Part shown: piece after piece, positions 11,135-22,992 of the stretch
How the letters are laid out: every line of letters begins with the position of its first letter
Position numbering within the stretch: the first letter of the stretch is position 1
Assembly: GCA_965649825.1 (NCBI GenBank)
Contig: OZ287716.1
Location: 175,797-239,796 of the forward strand
DNA: 64,000 nt
Reading direction: 5' to 3'
Origin: Penicillus capitatus
Taxonomy: Eukaryota; Plantae; Chlorophyta
The notes under the pieces: generated by a model
Told to the model about the DNA's origin: nothing
The model's database searches: none
Seen by the model: only the letters and a program-made list of their open reading frames with translations
Translations under genes and position numbers: made by a program

Positions 11135-11230
11135 CGTCCTTGGAATACCTCGCAGAGAACAACAGAAGGACTCGGAAAACAGAACGCAGGAACTCGGAAA
11201 CTCGAGTGCGGAAGGCTCGGCGACAGGACC

Positions 11231-11236
11231 TTTATA
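11231..11236 (-). promoter_or_regulatory. TATA box of gene X1
   Basis: CCTATAAAGG on the minus strand about 100 bp upstream of the ATG. Conserved in copies 2 and 3 together with an adjacent CTCGG-TTG-CCGAG palindrome. Confidence 0.65.
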
Positions 11237-13646
11237 GGCCGCCTCGGTTGCCGAGCGCGACCTGCGGTTGGCGGCTGGGAACCGTGGCAGTTTGGCGGCG
11301 CTGCATGCGCCGCCGGACAAAGAATCGGCCGCCAGACCCCTAGAGACGCAGAGTACTGTCGTCGGGATGCGCGACGTGAAAGGGAGAACGCTTCTGGCAG
11401 CTTAGCGAAGTGTTTTACAAGAGAAATTCCTTACAGTTTGTCTGTGTGCCACGCTCTGTGTGTAACGCGCATGCGTTCTCTGCGGCCGTTTCGACGCGGA
11501 TCTCCGAACGGCAAACCGCTCGACTCAGCTCCGCGTTGTCCGAGCAGAGGAACGCGGCGGGCGTTCTCTCTTGCAGAAGCGGCACGGACTCTACGTCTGG
11601 ACGGCCGTCTGTTTCGGGCGTCTCCGTCGCAAACGCCGTCGACAGGGCGTTCTGCGCGGTGTAACGCGAATCGGTTCAATGAACTGTCGACGGCCCTAAC
11701 TCCCTCGAACATGGAAGGCCGAACCAGACGACGCCCTGCGAGAACCGGACGGCCACGGAGTCGTCGTTTCGGTTCGTGCTCGCGCACAGCCTCGAGGGGG
11801 TGCTTTGGAGGACGCCGTTCGCTCCAACTAGCGAAGTTCTATCGCATTGTGTGGCTGCTGTGCATGATTGCTGCTCTGTCTGCGAAGCCATCGATCAGGC
11901 AGCTTCGAGAGCAACTTGTGCGATGGCACTGTTGATCGCGGTCTGGGCCAGTTGCGATCCAATGCTATCGCCTTCTTTCCGGCATGTTCTCTATTCTGCA
12001 GAGTTCACTAAAGCGGTGGATCACGACTGGAAAGGGATGGTATGCTGCTGCGTCCTCGTTGGAATCGTCCATGCCGTTCCGTTCTTGTGTCTGGCGAGTT
12101 CTGATTTTATGAGGGCTGCGACGGAGAACGTCCGTCTTCTGTTCAGAGACCACTTGTCGAAGATCTCTGTAATGAAAGACGAATAACTGCCGCCGAGTAT
12201 TCTGCGCGAGCGGGGCGTTCTAGGACGATGTCGTCAGCGCCGGCGATGTTCTCTTGTGCGGCAAATGCACTGTGGTACGCGTAAACGACACACTCTGCAG
12301 TCACGCCCGCTCTTGGCCCTGCCGTCTGGACCAGCGACTCGGCATTCCTCACAGAGCGCCGAGATGCCTGTCAACGTCGACGCGTTGGATCGAATCCGAT
12401 GGATGCATTCGCGTAGCAAAGCGTCCTCAAAACCGGTGCTAGAGATAACGCACACTGAGTGACGCGCTCTGCAGTCGATCCAACGATTTCGGATGAGAGA
12501 GAGAGAGTTTGCTCGCGACGAATGTGCGCACCGACGGAGTGCGACTGTCCGCTCCTCGATTTTCCGGCTGGCAAATCGGGGCGAGATAGAAGGGGATGAT
12601 GCCTGCCGTGGATTCAGACCCTACACTTCGACGCTGCTGCGCGAGCACGATGCTCAGAGAACTGACGGACGTGGATTCGACGCGCGAATGCGCGTCAAGT
12701 ACTCTGCCTTGCCACTACCGTGCGTCGTTGTGGACTGTGGCAGCTGCCCGCCGTCAGTTTCATCGTCCTCCTCACTGGTGTCAGTGATCTCTCAATACAT
12801 CTATATGCGGACTGCGCTGTACGCCTGAGCATCTTACGCTTTGCGTCTGTGCCTTTCAATTAAATCCGCGTCGTGCTTGCGTGCTTTCTTCATCTGTACT
12901 TGTTCTTCGGAAAGCAGTAGCCCAGAGCAAGCTCTTAATCTATCACTGTAATACAGGCGATCGGCGAGGAAAGAAGACCTCGCTGTTCGCCAATCAACAA
13001 GTTGTCTTCTCCTCGACACGACACGACGGCAACAGATGCCTGAGCTGCATCGCATTCCACGGCTAGGACAGCTCGCTCGCAGACGTGACCAGGTGCCGTT
13101 TTATTCAGCAACCGATATATCACTGGGCGGAGCACGAGGGAAAGAGCGAACTCTGAACATGTGACGGGCGTCACTGGCCATCGACACAGTCGTGCTCTTG
13201 TCAGGAGATGCATGCTCATCTTGCCTTCGATACATTTTGAAGATTCATCCGGCGTTGCATTACGGTCGACCAGTCAGACGTTTGTCGCGTCTGGCATCTT
13301 GCTGTTTACGGCATCTTGCGCGTCTGCATATGCAATCCAGGGAAGCCTGCCTGTATGTAAACTTCTCGAGGCATCTTTGCTCGGTATCCATTCCAACACA
13401 CAAAGATGCGTATTGGCGACAAAAAATGAGAAGCTTCTGAAGTGCGAAACTGCAAGGTAACCGCATGCAATGCTTTAATAAACGAACGGGTGCTCTTCGT
13501 TGTAACAGTGTCTGCGGCTGCTGCTTTGTGTCCTCCGCCAGAAATCTCGTGACTATTACTGCGACGCTTGTCTGTGCAATTACCAACATCCTGTGCCCTT
13601 TCACCGACACCTGGCCACGCGCCGCCACCTGTCTCCGCGTTCAGAG

Positions 13647-14231
13647 ATGTCTCTTGCGCAAGGTCTGACGCAAAAGTGGCGTGCTCTTGCCTGAGACTGC
13701 GTTATGTCGCTGCACAGTGATTCTACTGCTGTGCGCTGTCCTTCTCGCGTCGGTTGCCGCCGAAGATCGGGCGGGACCTTTCTTTTGTCTCGCGCCGCCG
13801 GAGGGCGACTGGTTCGTCGAGCACCACTTCCGCCCGGACCTGGCAATGATACCATCGTGCTGCAGGCACACAGCATTCTGAAGCTCCGAAAGGAAGCCAC
13901 GCCATACGTGTACACAGGTGAGGGGAGCATCTCTAATTGACGTGGAAACCACCGAATCGGTTTTTGCATTCTAGGCAACGGTGCGGGCATCTGGACTAAT
14001 CCCCAGAGTCCCCTGTTCCCAGCGAACACTCCTTTGACATGCAAACTGATAAAACTCTTCAATACGGACAAATGCGTCCTGTCCGGAGCGATGTTCAATC
14101 TTGAAACGACGGCTGTGGATGCAGCTCTCTGGATATACGACGGCGAGAAGCTGAGCGGTTCATTCACCGCGAGGCATAACGGATCTGTGATGCTCACCGC
14201 ACTGAGTCATCATGTTATCTATCCCCTTTGA
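13647..14231 (+). pseudogene. Pseudogenised copy of secreted orphan 'gene Y'
   Basis: Near-identical to 27268-27851, but with a +1 insertion (GGTCTGACGCAAAAG vs GGTCTGAGCAAAAG, ~13669) and an in-frame TGA at 13938-13940 where the intact copy has GGA. Confidence 0.75.
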
Positions 14232-14989
14232 CTCGATTGCTGAGATATATGCCGGTTCGCTCATCAGTTTTCATCTTGCTTCTCCACGCAGCAGCCATTA
14301 CTGCCCCATTGTTATGCTTTGTTGCTGTTAATCAGGTTGCCGAAAGATGCTGACCCAGATGCATACCGACGACTGAAGCAAGGAACCGCAGTCGGTTGTC
14401 GTGCGCATCGAGTTCCTATTCATCGATGACTGGATGAGCGAGCGTACTTTCAGCTGGCACAGTCTACGACAGCCAATTCCTGCATTTTCTAAGAGTGCAA
14501 AGTTGCTCCTGATGTTGCGAACTGTTCTTCATCAGGTCGATATACCTTGTCCATTCTGACGCTGTGTTTCTGATTGTTTGCATACGGAAGCCGGCACACG
14601 TACATTGAACGTTGACATCGCACACATTACACCATACAAATATTGTAAAAGTCGACACCGTTTCAAGATTTCTTTGTTGCATTTCGACGCAAATCAGAAC
14701 GAAAGACTCTTCACAAGTGCAGCATCTTCAAAGCTGACCAGATCTAGAACGACAGAAAGGTCAGAGATCCGAACAACGAACAAAGGGAAGGACTCACTAT
14801 CTTCATGTCACTGAACGATTCAACGGCATCTCCTTGGTATAGACAGCCTTCAAGGCGACAGTACACTGGCCTTGCCTCAGAATAGGCGACCAGTGAAACA
14901 GATCTTTCGGCAAAGAAAAAAGACTTTATAGCAACGACACAAGCAAAATGACATACATCCTCCGGGACAGACAGACATCGACAAGGATG

Positions 14990-17900
14990 TCCACGACGGC
15001 GTCTCCCAGCCGCCAGATGTGGGCAGGACATCGCTGACGGCCTCCACTGGCCGCCAGACAATAGGGCTAGGCGCCCACGACGGACTCCAGCGGACGCCAG
15101 AATGAGGGCTAGGCGCCCCGACGGCTTCTCCAGCAACCGCCAGACGTCAGGAGGACATCGCTGACGGCGTCCACTGGCCGCCAGACATGGGGCTAGGTGC
15201 CCACAACGGTTTTTCTCAGCCGCCAGATGTCGAGAAGATGATGGCTGACGGCCTCCACTGGCCGCCAGACATGGGGCTAGGTGCCCACGACGGCCTCTCC
15301 CAGCCGCCAGATGTGGGCAGGCGATCGCTGACGGCCTCCAGTGGTCGCCAGACAATAGGGCTAGGCGCCCACGACGGACTCCAGCGGACGCCAGAATGAG
15401 GGCTAGGCGCCCCGACGGCTTCTCCAGCAGCCGCCAGACGTCGGGAGGACATCGCTGACGGCCTCCACTGGCCGCCAGACAAAGGGCAAGGCGCCCACGA
15501 CGGCCTGTCTCAGCCGCCAGATGTCGGGAAGATGATGGCTGACGGCCTCCACTGGCCGCCAGACATGGGGCTAGGTGCCAACGACGGCCTCTCCCAGCCG
15601 CCAGATGTCGGGAAGATGATGGCTGACGGACTCCACTGGCCGCCAGACATGGGGCTAGGTGCCCACAACGGCCTCTCCCAGCCGCCAGAATGAGGGCTAG
15701 GCGCCCCGACGGCTTCTCCAGCAGCCGCCAGACGTCGGGAGGACATCGCTGACGGCCTCCACTGGCCGCCAGACAAAGGGCAAGGCGCCCACGACGGCTT
15801 GTCTCAGCCGCCAGATGTCGGGAAGATGATGGCTGACGGCCTCCACTGGCCGCCAGACAAAGGGCAAGGCGCCCACAACGGCTTTTCTCAGCAGCCAGAT
15901 GTCGGGAAGATGATGGCTGACGGCCTCCACTGGCCGCCAGACATGGGGCTAGGTGCCCACAACGGCTTGTCTCAGCCGCCAGATGTCGGGAAGATGATGG
16001 CTGACGGCCTCCACTGGCCGCCAGACATGGGGCTAGGTGCCCACAACGGCTTGTCTCAGCCGCCAGATGTCGGGAAGATGATGGCTGACGGCCTCCAGTG
16101 GTCGCCAGACAATAGGGCTAGGCGCCCACGACGGACTCCAGCGGACGCCAGAATGAGGGCTAGGCGCCCCGACGGCTTCTCCAGCAGCCGCCAGACGTCG
16201 GGAGGACATCGCTGACGGCCTCCACTGGCCGCCAGACAAAGGGCAAGGCGCCCACGACGGCCTGTCTCAGCCGCCAGATGTCGGGAAGATGATGGCTGAC
16301 GGCCTCCACTGGCCGCCAGACATGGGGCTAGGTGCCAACGACGGCCTCTCCCAGCCGCCAGATGTCGGGAAGATGATGGCTGACGGACTCCACTGGCCGC
16401 CAGACATGGGGCTAGGTGCCCACAACGGCCTCTCCCAGCCGCCAGAATGAGGGCTAGGCGCCCCGACGGCTTCTCCAGCAGCCGCCAGACGTCGGGAGGA
16501 CATCGCTGACGGCCTCCACTGGCCGCCAGACAAAGGGCAAGGCGCCCACGACGGCTTGTCTCAGCCGCCAGATGTCGGGAAGATGATGGCTGACGGCCTC
16601 CACTGGCCGCCAGACAAAGGGCAAGGCGCCCACAACGGCTTTTCTCAGCAGCCAGATGTCGGGAAGATGATGGCTGACGGCCTCCACTGGCCGCCAGACA
16701 TGGGGCTAGGTGCCCACAACGGCTTGTCTCAGCCGCCAGATGTCGGGAAGATGATGGCTGACGGCCTCCACTGGCCGCCAGACATGGGGCTAGGTGCCCA
16801 CGACGGCCTCTCCCAGCCGCCAGATGTAGTCAGGCCATCGCTGACGGCCTCCAGTGGTCGCCAGACAATAGGGCTAGGCGCCCACGACGGACTCTAGCGG
16901 ACGCCAGAATGAGGGCTAGGCGCCCCGACGGCTTCTCCAGCAGCCGCCAGATGTCGAGAAGATGATGGCTGACGGCCTCCACTGGCCGCCAGACATGGGG
17001 CTAGGTGCCAACGACGGCCTCTCCCAGCCGCCAGATGTCGGGAAGATGATGGCTGACGGACTCCACTGGCCGCCAGACATGGGGCTAGGTGCCCACAACG
17101 GCCTCTCCCAGCCGCCAGAATGAGGGCTAGGCGCCCCGACGGCTTCTCCAGCAGCCGCCAGACGTCGGGAGGACATCGCTGACGGCCTCCACTGGCCGCC
17201 AGACAAAGGGCAAGGCGCCCACGACGGCTTGTCTCAGCCGCCAGATGTCGGGAAGATGATGGCTGACGGCCTCCACTGGCCGCCAGACATGGGGCTAGGT
17301 GCCCACAACGGCTTGTCTCAGCCGCCAGATGTCGGGAAGATGATGGCTGACGGCCTCCACTGGCCGCCAGACATGGGGCTAGGTGCCCACGACGGCCTCT
17401 CCCAGCCGCCAGATGTAGTCAGGCCATCGCTGACGGCCTCCAGTGGTCGCCAGACAATAGGGCTAGGCGCCCACGACGGACTCTAGCGGACGCCAGAATG
17501 AGGGCTAGGCGCCCCGACGGCTTCTCCAGCAGCCGCCAGATGTCGAGAAGATGATGGCTGACGGCCTCCACTGGCCGCCAGACAAAGGGCAAGGCGCCCA
17601 CGACGGCTTCTCCCAGCCGCCAGATGTCGGGAAGATGATGGCCGACGGCCTCCACTGGCCGCCAGACGTTGTGCAGGAGATCCACGACGGCCTCCACTGG
17701 CCGTCAAACGTCAAATAGGAAGCCGCCACGACGGCCTTCGGTCGCTGAGAAGGCCTCCAGTAGCAGCGGGAGATAGAGCAGGATGCCGCCACGACATTCC
17801 TCCAGTAGCAGCGGGAGATAGAGCAGGATGCCGCCACGACATTCCTCCAGTAGCAGCGGGAGATAGAGCAGGATGCCGCCACGACATTCCTCCAGTAGCA

Positions 17901-18640
17901 GCGGGAGATAGAGCAGGATGCCGCCACGACATTCATCCAGTAGCAGCGGGAGATAGAGCAGGACGCTTAAGACGGCCTTTGCGCCGCCAGACGTCAAGTA
18001 GGACGCCGCCACGACGGCCTTTGATCGCTGAGAAGGTCTCCAGTAGCAACGTGAGAGCAGGATGCCGCCACGACGGCCTCTCTTGGCCGCCAGATGTCGG
18101 TCAGGACGCCGCCACGACGGCCTTTGGTCGCTGACAAGGCCTCCAGTAGCAGCGGGAGATAGAGTAGGTCGCCCAAGACGGCCTTGCGCCGCCGCTAGAC
18201 GTCAGGTCGGACGCCCAAGACGGCCCTCGGTCGCTGAGAAGGCATCCAGTAGCAGCGGGAGATAGAGCAGGACGCTTAAGACGGTCTCCACTGGCCGCCA
18301 GACAAAGGGCTAGGTGCCCACGACGGCCTTCAATAGCCGCCAGATGTCGGATAGGTCATCGTCGAGGGCCTCTCTCAGCCGCCAGAGAAAGGGCTAGGCG
18401 CCCACGGCGAACTCTAGCGGCCGCTAATGTCGGGCAGGTCATCGCCGACGGCCTCTCTCAGCCGCCAGACGTTGTGCAGGTGATCTATGACGGACTCTCT
18501 TGGCCGCCAGTCGTCAGGAAGATCATCGCTGACGGCCTCCATTGGCCGCCAGCAAGCAGGTAGGAAGTTGACGACGGCTTCCACCAGCCGCCAGACGTTG
18601 TGCAGGTGATCCACGACGGCCTCCACTAGCCGCCATCAAG
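14990..18640. repeat. Array R2: roughly 85 palindrome-core ~42-bp monomers with 757-bp and 589-bp higher-order duplications
   Basis: Core GACGGCCTCCACTGGCCGCCAGA or GACGGCCTCTCCCAGCCGCCAGA alternates with a small set of ~18-nt linkers. Identical ORF-track entries are offset by 757 (15510 vs 16267; 15799 vs 16556), and ORF ends are offset by 589 (16897 vs 17486). Confidence 0.95.
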
Positions 18641-18644
18641 CAAA

Positions 18645-18900
18645 CAGGTCGTCCTCGGCATCCAAGAGCAGCAGGCCAGACTCAGTCCATCCTTGACATC
18701 CAAGAGCAGCAGGCCAGCAACAGGTCGTCCTCGGCATCCAAGAGCAGCAGGCCAGACTCAGTCCATCCTTGACATCCAAGAGCAGCAGGCCAGCAACAGG
18801 TCGTCCTCGGCATCCAAGAGCAGCAGGCCAGACTCAGTCCATCCTTGACATCCAAGAGCAGCAGGCCAGCAACAGGTCGTCCTCGGCATCCAAGAGCAGC
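18645..18900. repeat. 76-bp tandem repeat (~3.4 copies)
   Basis: CAGGTCGTCC recurs at 18645, 18721, 18797 and 18873. Confidence 0.9.
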
Positions 18901-19089
18901 AGCAATCACAGCAAGACGTAGGGATAGGACATCCAGGACGGCCAACAACCAACAGCCACCAATCTCAATCGCCAATCTCCAGCCTCAATCACCAGTCAGT
19001 CAGTCATTCATCTCTAGCCACCAGCCACCAGTTTCAGTCATTCATCTCTAGCCACCAGTTTCAGTCTCAAGTCTCGTCTCATCTTCTGC

Positions 19090-19345
19090 CACCAGCCGCC
19101 AGTCTCAAGTCTCATCGATCTCCAGCCGCCAGCCTCAAGTCTCATCGATCTCCAGCCGCCAGCCTCAAGTCTCATCGATCTCTAGCCGCCAGCCTCAAGT
19201 CTCATCGATCTCCAGCCGCCAGCCTCAAGTCTCATCGATCTCCAGCCGCCAGCCTCAAGTCTCATCGATCTCCAGCCGCCAGCCTCAAGTCTCATCGATC
19301 TCCAGCCGCCAGCCTCAAGTCTCATCGATCTCCAGCCGCCAGTCT
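19090..19345. repeat. 30-bp minisatellite (~8 copies)
   Basis: Unit CTCAAGTCTCATCGATCTCCAGCCGCCAGC. Confidence 0.95.
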
Positions 19346-19576
19346 CAATCACAGCGAGACATAAGGTAAGACAACACGCCAGCCCCCGTGCAGCAAAGCA
19401 GCAAATATTGAGCAGCAGCCTCATGTAAAACACAGCAGATGAGTTTCTACAGCCTCCAGGCGAAAAAACACACAGAGCCAACCACAACAAAGCGGAGGTG
19501 GAATGGCAGAGAAACACGGCACAGAAAAACAGCCCCCTTGCATCTTTCTATTTCTTTTATTTTTTTTTCATTTTTT

Positions 19577-19657
19577 AGTCACACTTTTCAGAGTGTGACT
19601 TTTCTTTATTCTTTATTCATTATTCTTTATTTTTTCTCACACAAAAAAAGTGTGAGA
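19577..19657 (-). terminator. Two 3' stem-loops of gene X2
   Basis: AGTCACACT-TTTCAG-AGTGTGACT (19577-19600) and TCTCACAC-A7-GTGTGAGA (19635-19657), both in T/A-tracts. Function inferred. Confidence 0.5.
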
Positions 19658-19752
19658 TGTGATATTGGAAAAGAAAACTTTTTGTTTTGTTTTATTTTTT
19701 TGCAGCCAATAGAAAACAGCTTAAAAAGCGGAGATCTGTCGCCCTATCTGTC

Positions 19753-20987
19753 CTAAAATTGGACAGAAACCTACACAAAAGACAAAGCATAAGAGAGATA
19801 AGGGAAAAGAATTCACTTACGCAGTGCCCAGACATAAAGAACAGACGTTCTGGGATCGCCGTCGAACCGATCCGGACACATTCTCCGGACATAAAATACG
19901 GACGGCGGTGGAATCCAGGCGGCGCGACTGGGAAAATGAAGGGTCGGGGAGGGATGGGAGGAGGGGCATTCAGACAAAAGACAGAGGTCCGTTGGGGGAA
20001 GGGAGGTGGGTGCGCAGGGAGGGAGAAAAAGAGGGGACGAGAAGGGATAACGGGGGAAGGAGTTGCAGGTATACAAAATACCTGTGGCCGCGCAGGAAAC
20101 AGAGGAGATTGGCTCTGCGGCCCGGACGGCGGGAAGGGGATGGGCTGTGGAGTCGGAGACCACTCCATGTTGGGCGGCTGGGCCGGTTGGGCGGCGGCAG
20201 GCTGCGCTCCAGGCTGCGAGGGCGGCGGCGGCGCAGGGAAAGGCGACCACTCCATGTGTTGCGCCTGAGAAGCTGGCGCCTGTGGCGGCTCTCCATGTTG
20301 CGATGACGTCGGCGGCGCAGCAAACTGTGAGGCGGCTGTCGGTGGCGGCGGCGCTCCATGATGGGCGGCGGCAAACTGGGGCGCTCCATGCTGCGAGGCT
20401 GTCGGTGGCGGCGCTCCTTGCCGGGCTTCGGCTGGCGGCGGTGGAGCAGCAGGCTGGACACGTTGGGGCGGCGGTGGAGCAGCAGGCTGGCCCTCTTGGG
20501 CCAGCCGCGCTCTCCTCTCCTCCGCGGAGAGGATCCTCGTCCGCCGTGCCGGCCGAGGCTGCGGGGTTTGGACCCTATTGGGTCCAAACCTCACAGGAGG
20601 GGTCTGAGCTGCCACGTGCTCGTGACCCCTCAGAGCGGTTGACCGGGATTTCAAATCCCAGTACAACCGCTCCCTCTCGGCCTCATCCATGCCCTCGAAG
20701 GCCCTGGGCGGTCGGCGGCCCAGGACCTCCCCTAGTGTTACTTGGGCGAACCTAGACACACACCAAGGTAAGAGACCTGCTGATGAGCAGGGCGGCCGCG
20801 CGTTTTCGGATGCGCGTAACCGCAGGTGTTTGGTCGGCGGCTGGACACATGCATGTGCATGGAATCGTCCAGGGCGCCGTCGGAGTGCTGCGTTGCGCGC
20901 GGCGCGTCGATGCATGGCGAGAGAGAGGACTTACGGCTTTCCCGGATAGCCGTAATCATCCTCCGTCCACATCTGTTGGTCGGCCAT
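19753..20987 (-). CDS. Orphan Pro-rich protein 'gene X' copy 2 (~333 aa). Exons 20987-20935, 20751-19821, 19770-19753
   Basis: MADQQMWTEDDYGYPGKP-FAQVTLGEVLG...SGHC-VSVQF*. Same splice positions and phases as copy 1, with a 50-bp last intron. Confidence 0.8.
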
Positions 20988-21073
20988 CTTCGTCGCTGCT
21001 TGAGCTCTCTGAAAACGGAAAACAGGAAGGCGCCAAGGAAAGTCGACAGTGCGGAAGGGTCTGCGACAGGACC

Positions 21074-21079
21074 TTTATA
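21074..21079 (-). promoter_or_regulatory. TATA box of gene X2
   Basis: CCTATAAAGG on the minus strand, in the same context as copy 1. Confidence 0.65.
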
Positions 21080-22992
21080 GGCCGCCTCGGTTGCCGAGCG
21101 CGACCTGCGGTTGGCGGCTGTGAACCGTGACCGTTTGGCGGCGCTGCATGCGCCGCCGGACAAACGATCGGCCGCCAGACGTCCAGAAACGCTGAGCACT
21201 GTCATCGGGATGCGCGACGCGAACGGCAGAACTCTTCTGGACAGTTTACAAAGCGCTTCACAAGGGAAATTCTCTACAGTTTGTCGACATGTTCCGCTCT
21301 GAGTGTAACGCGCATGCGTTCTCTGCGGCTGTTCCGACGCGGATCTCCGAACGGCCAACCGCTCTAGCCAGCTCCGTGTTGCCTCGGCAAAGAAATGAGG
21401 CGGTCTCTCTCGTTCGCAGGATCGGCACGGACTCTGCGTCGAGAGGGCCTTCTGTTTCAGGCGTCTCCGTCGCAAACGCCATCGAGAGAGCGTTCTGCGC
21501 GGTGTAACGCGAGTCGGTTTGAGGAGCTGTCGTTGGTCCTAACTCCCTCGAACATGGAAGGCGGAACCGACGACGCCTTCTGCGAGAACCGGACGGCCAC
21601 GGAGTCGTCGTTTTTGTTCGTGCTCGCGCACAGCCTCGAGGGAGTGCCTTAGAGGACACCGTTCGCTCCGATCAGCGAAGTCGGTCGCGTTTTGCGGCTG
21701 CTGTGCAAGATTGCTGTTCTGTCTGCGAAGCCATCGATCAGGCAGTTTCGCAGACAACCTGTCTGATGGCGCTGTCGATCGCGGTCGAGGCCAGTCGCGA
21801 TCCGATGCCATCGCCTTCTTTCTTTCCGGCGCATTCCACCGTGCAGAGCGCACCAAAGTGGTGGATTGCCACTGGAAATGGATGGTATGCTGCTGCATCT
21901 TCGTTGGAATCGTTTATAGCGTTCCGTTTTAGTGACCGGTAAGTTCTGAGGCTATGGTGACTGTGACGGAGAACGTCCGTCTTCTGTTCGGAGACCACTT
22001 GTCGAAGATCTCTGTAATGAAAGACGAATAACTGCCGTCGAGTGTTCTGCGCGCGCGGGGCGTTCCTGGACGATGTCGTCAGTGCTGTCCGCGTGCTCTT
22101 GGACAGTAAGTGCACTGTGGAATGCATGAACGGCAGAGACTGTAGTCACGCCTGCTCTCGGCTCTGCCGTTTGGACTTGTGACTCGGCACACCTCGCAGA
22201 ACACCGAGATGCCTGTCGACGTCGGCGCGTTGGATCGATACCGAGGAATGCATTCTCATAACAAAGCGTCCTCAACACAACGGTTCGAGAGAACGTATAT
22301 CAAGTGATGCGGCTCTGTAGAAGGTAAAACGATTTCAGATGCGAGAGAGTTTGTTCGGGTGCTAAAAGAATGCGACTGTCCACTCCTCGATGTTTCGGCT
22401 GGCAAATCGAGACGAGACAGAAGGGGATGAATCCAATCGTGGATTCAGTTCCTACCTTTCACTGCATGTACGCGAGCATCCTGCACAGAGAACCGATGGA
22501 TCTCGATATCTTTACGAGGCCAACACCTCCTGCGCTGAGAGCACGACGATTGACCGGTGAGTAGGTAGAGGAGCGAGAGATGCAAGGACATCTGGAGAGA
22601 GCTAACGCCGACCTCGCTGAACGCAGGCCTCACTTCAACGAAAGAACAGCGAAAACGAGCGCGTGGCGAGAGAGCATGCTTCGATCGTTCGAGAACTGAA
22701 AAACAATGTGCATTCCTGTGTTTCTCCTGTCGACGAATCACGAATGATGTGGCGTGATTGCCTGCTTTCGTGATCAGATCCTGCAAGAGAAACTCAGGAC
22801 GCGAGAAATGGAGATACGATTCGTCGCTGTCGCGCAAGAGAGTCTCGCCATGGTTCGTGATTTACTCGACCGAGCGACGCAAGAGATCGACGTCATTGGC
22901 AACGTGGTGCGACAGACTGTCATCAATACGAGCGAGCACCTGTCCCATCACGCGATACCTGAGGGAGAGGGCTCTGTGAATCTGTTGTGTAA

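Noticed and set aside
14990-18640. CRISPR array interpretation of the repeat/linker arrays
   Set aside because: Linkers are a small reused set rather than unique spacers, there are no cas genes, and the context is a spliced eukaryotic genome.
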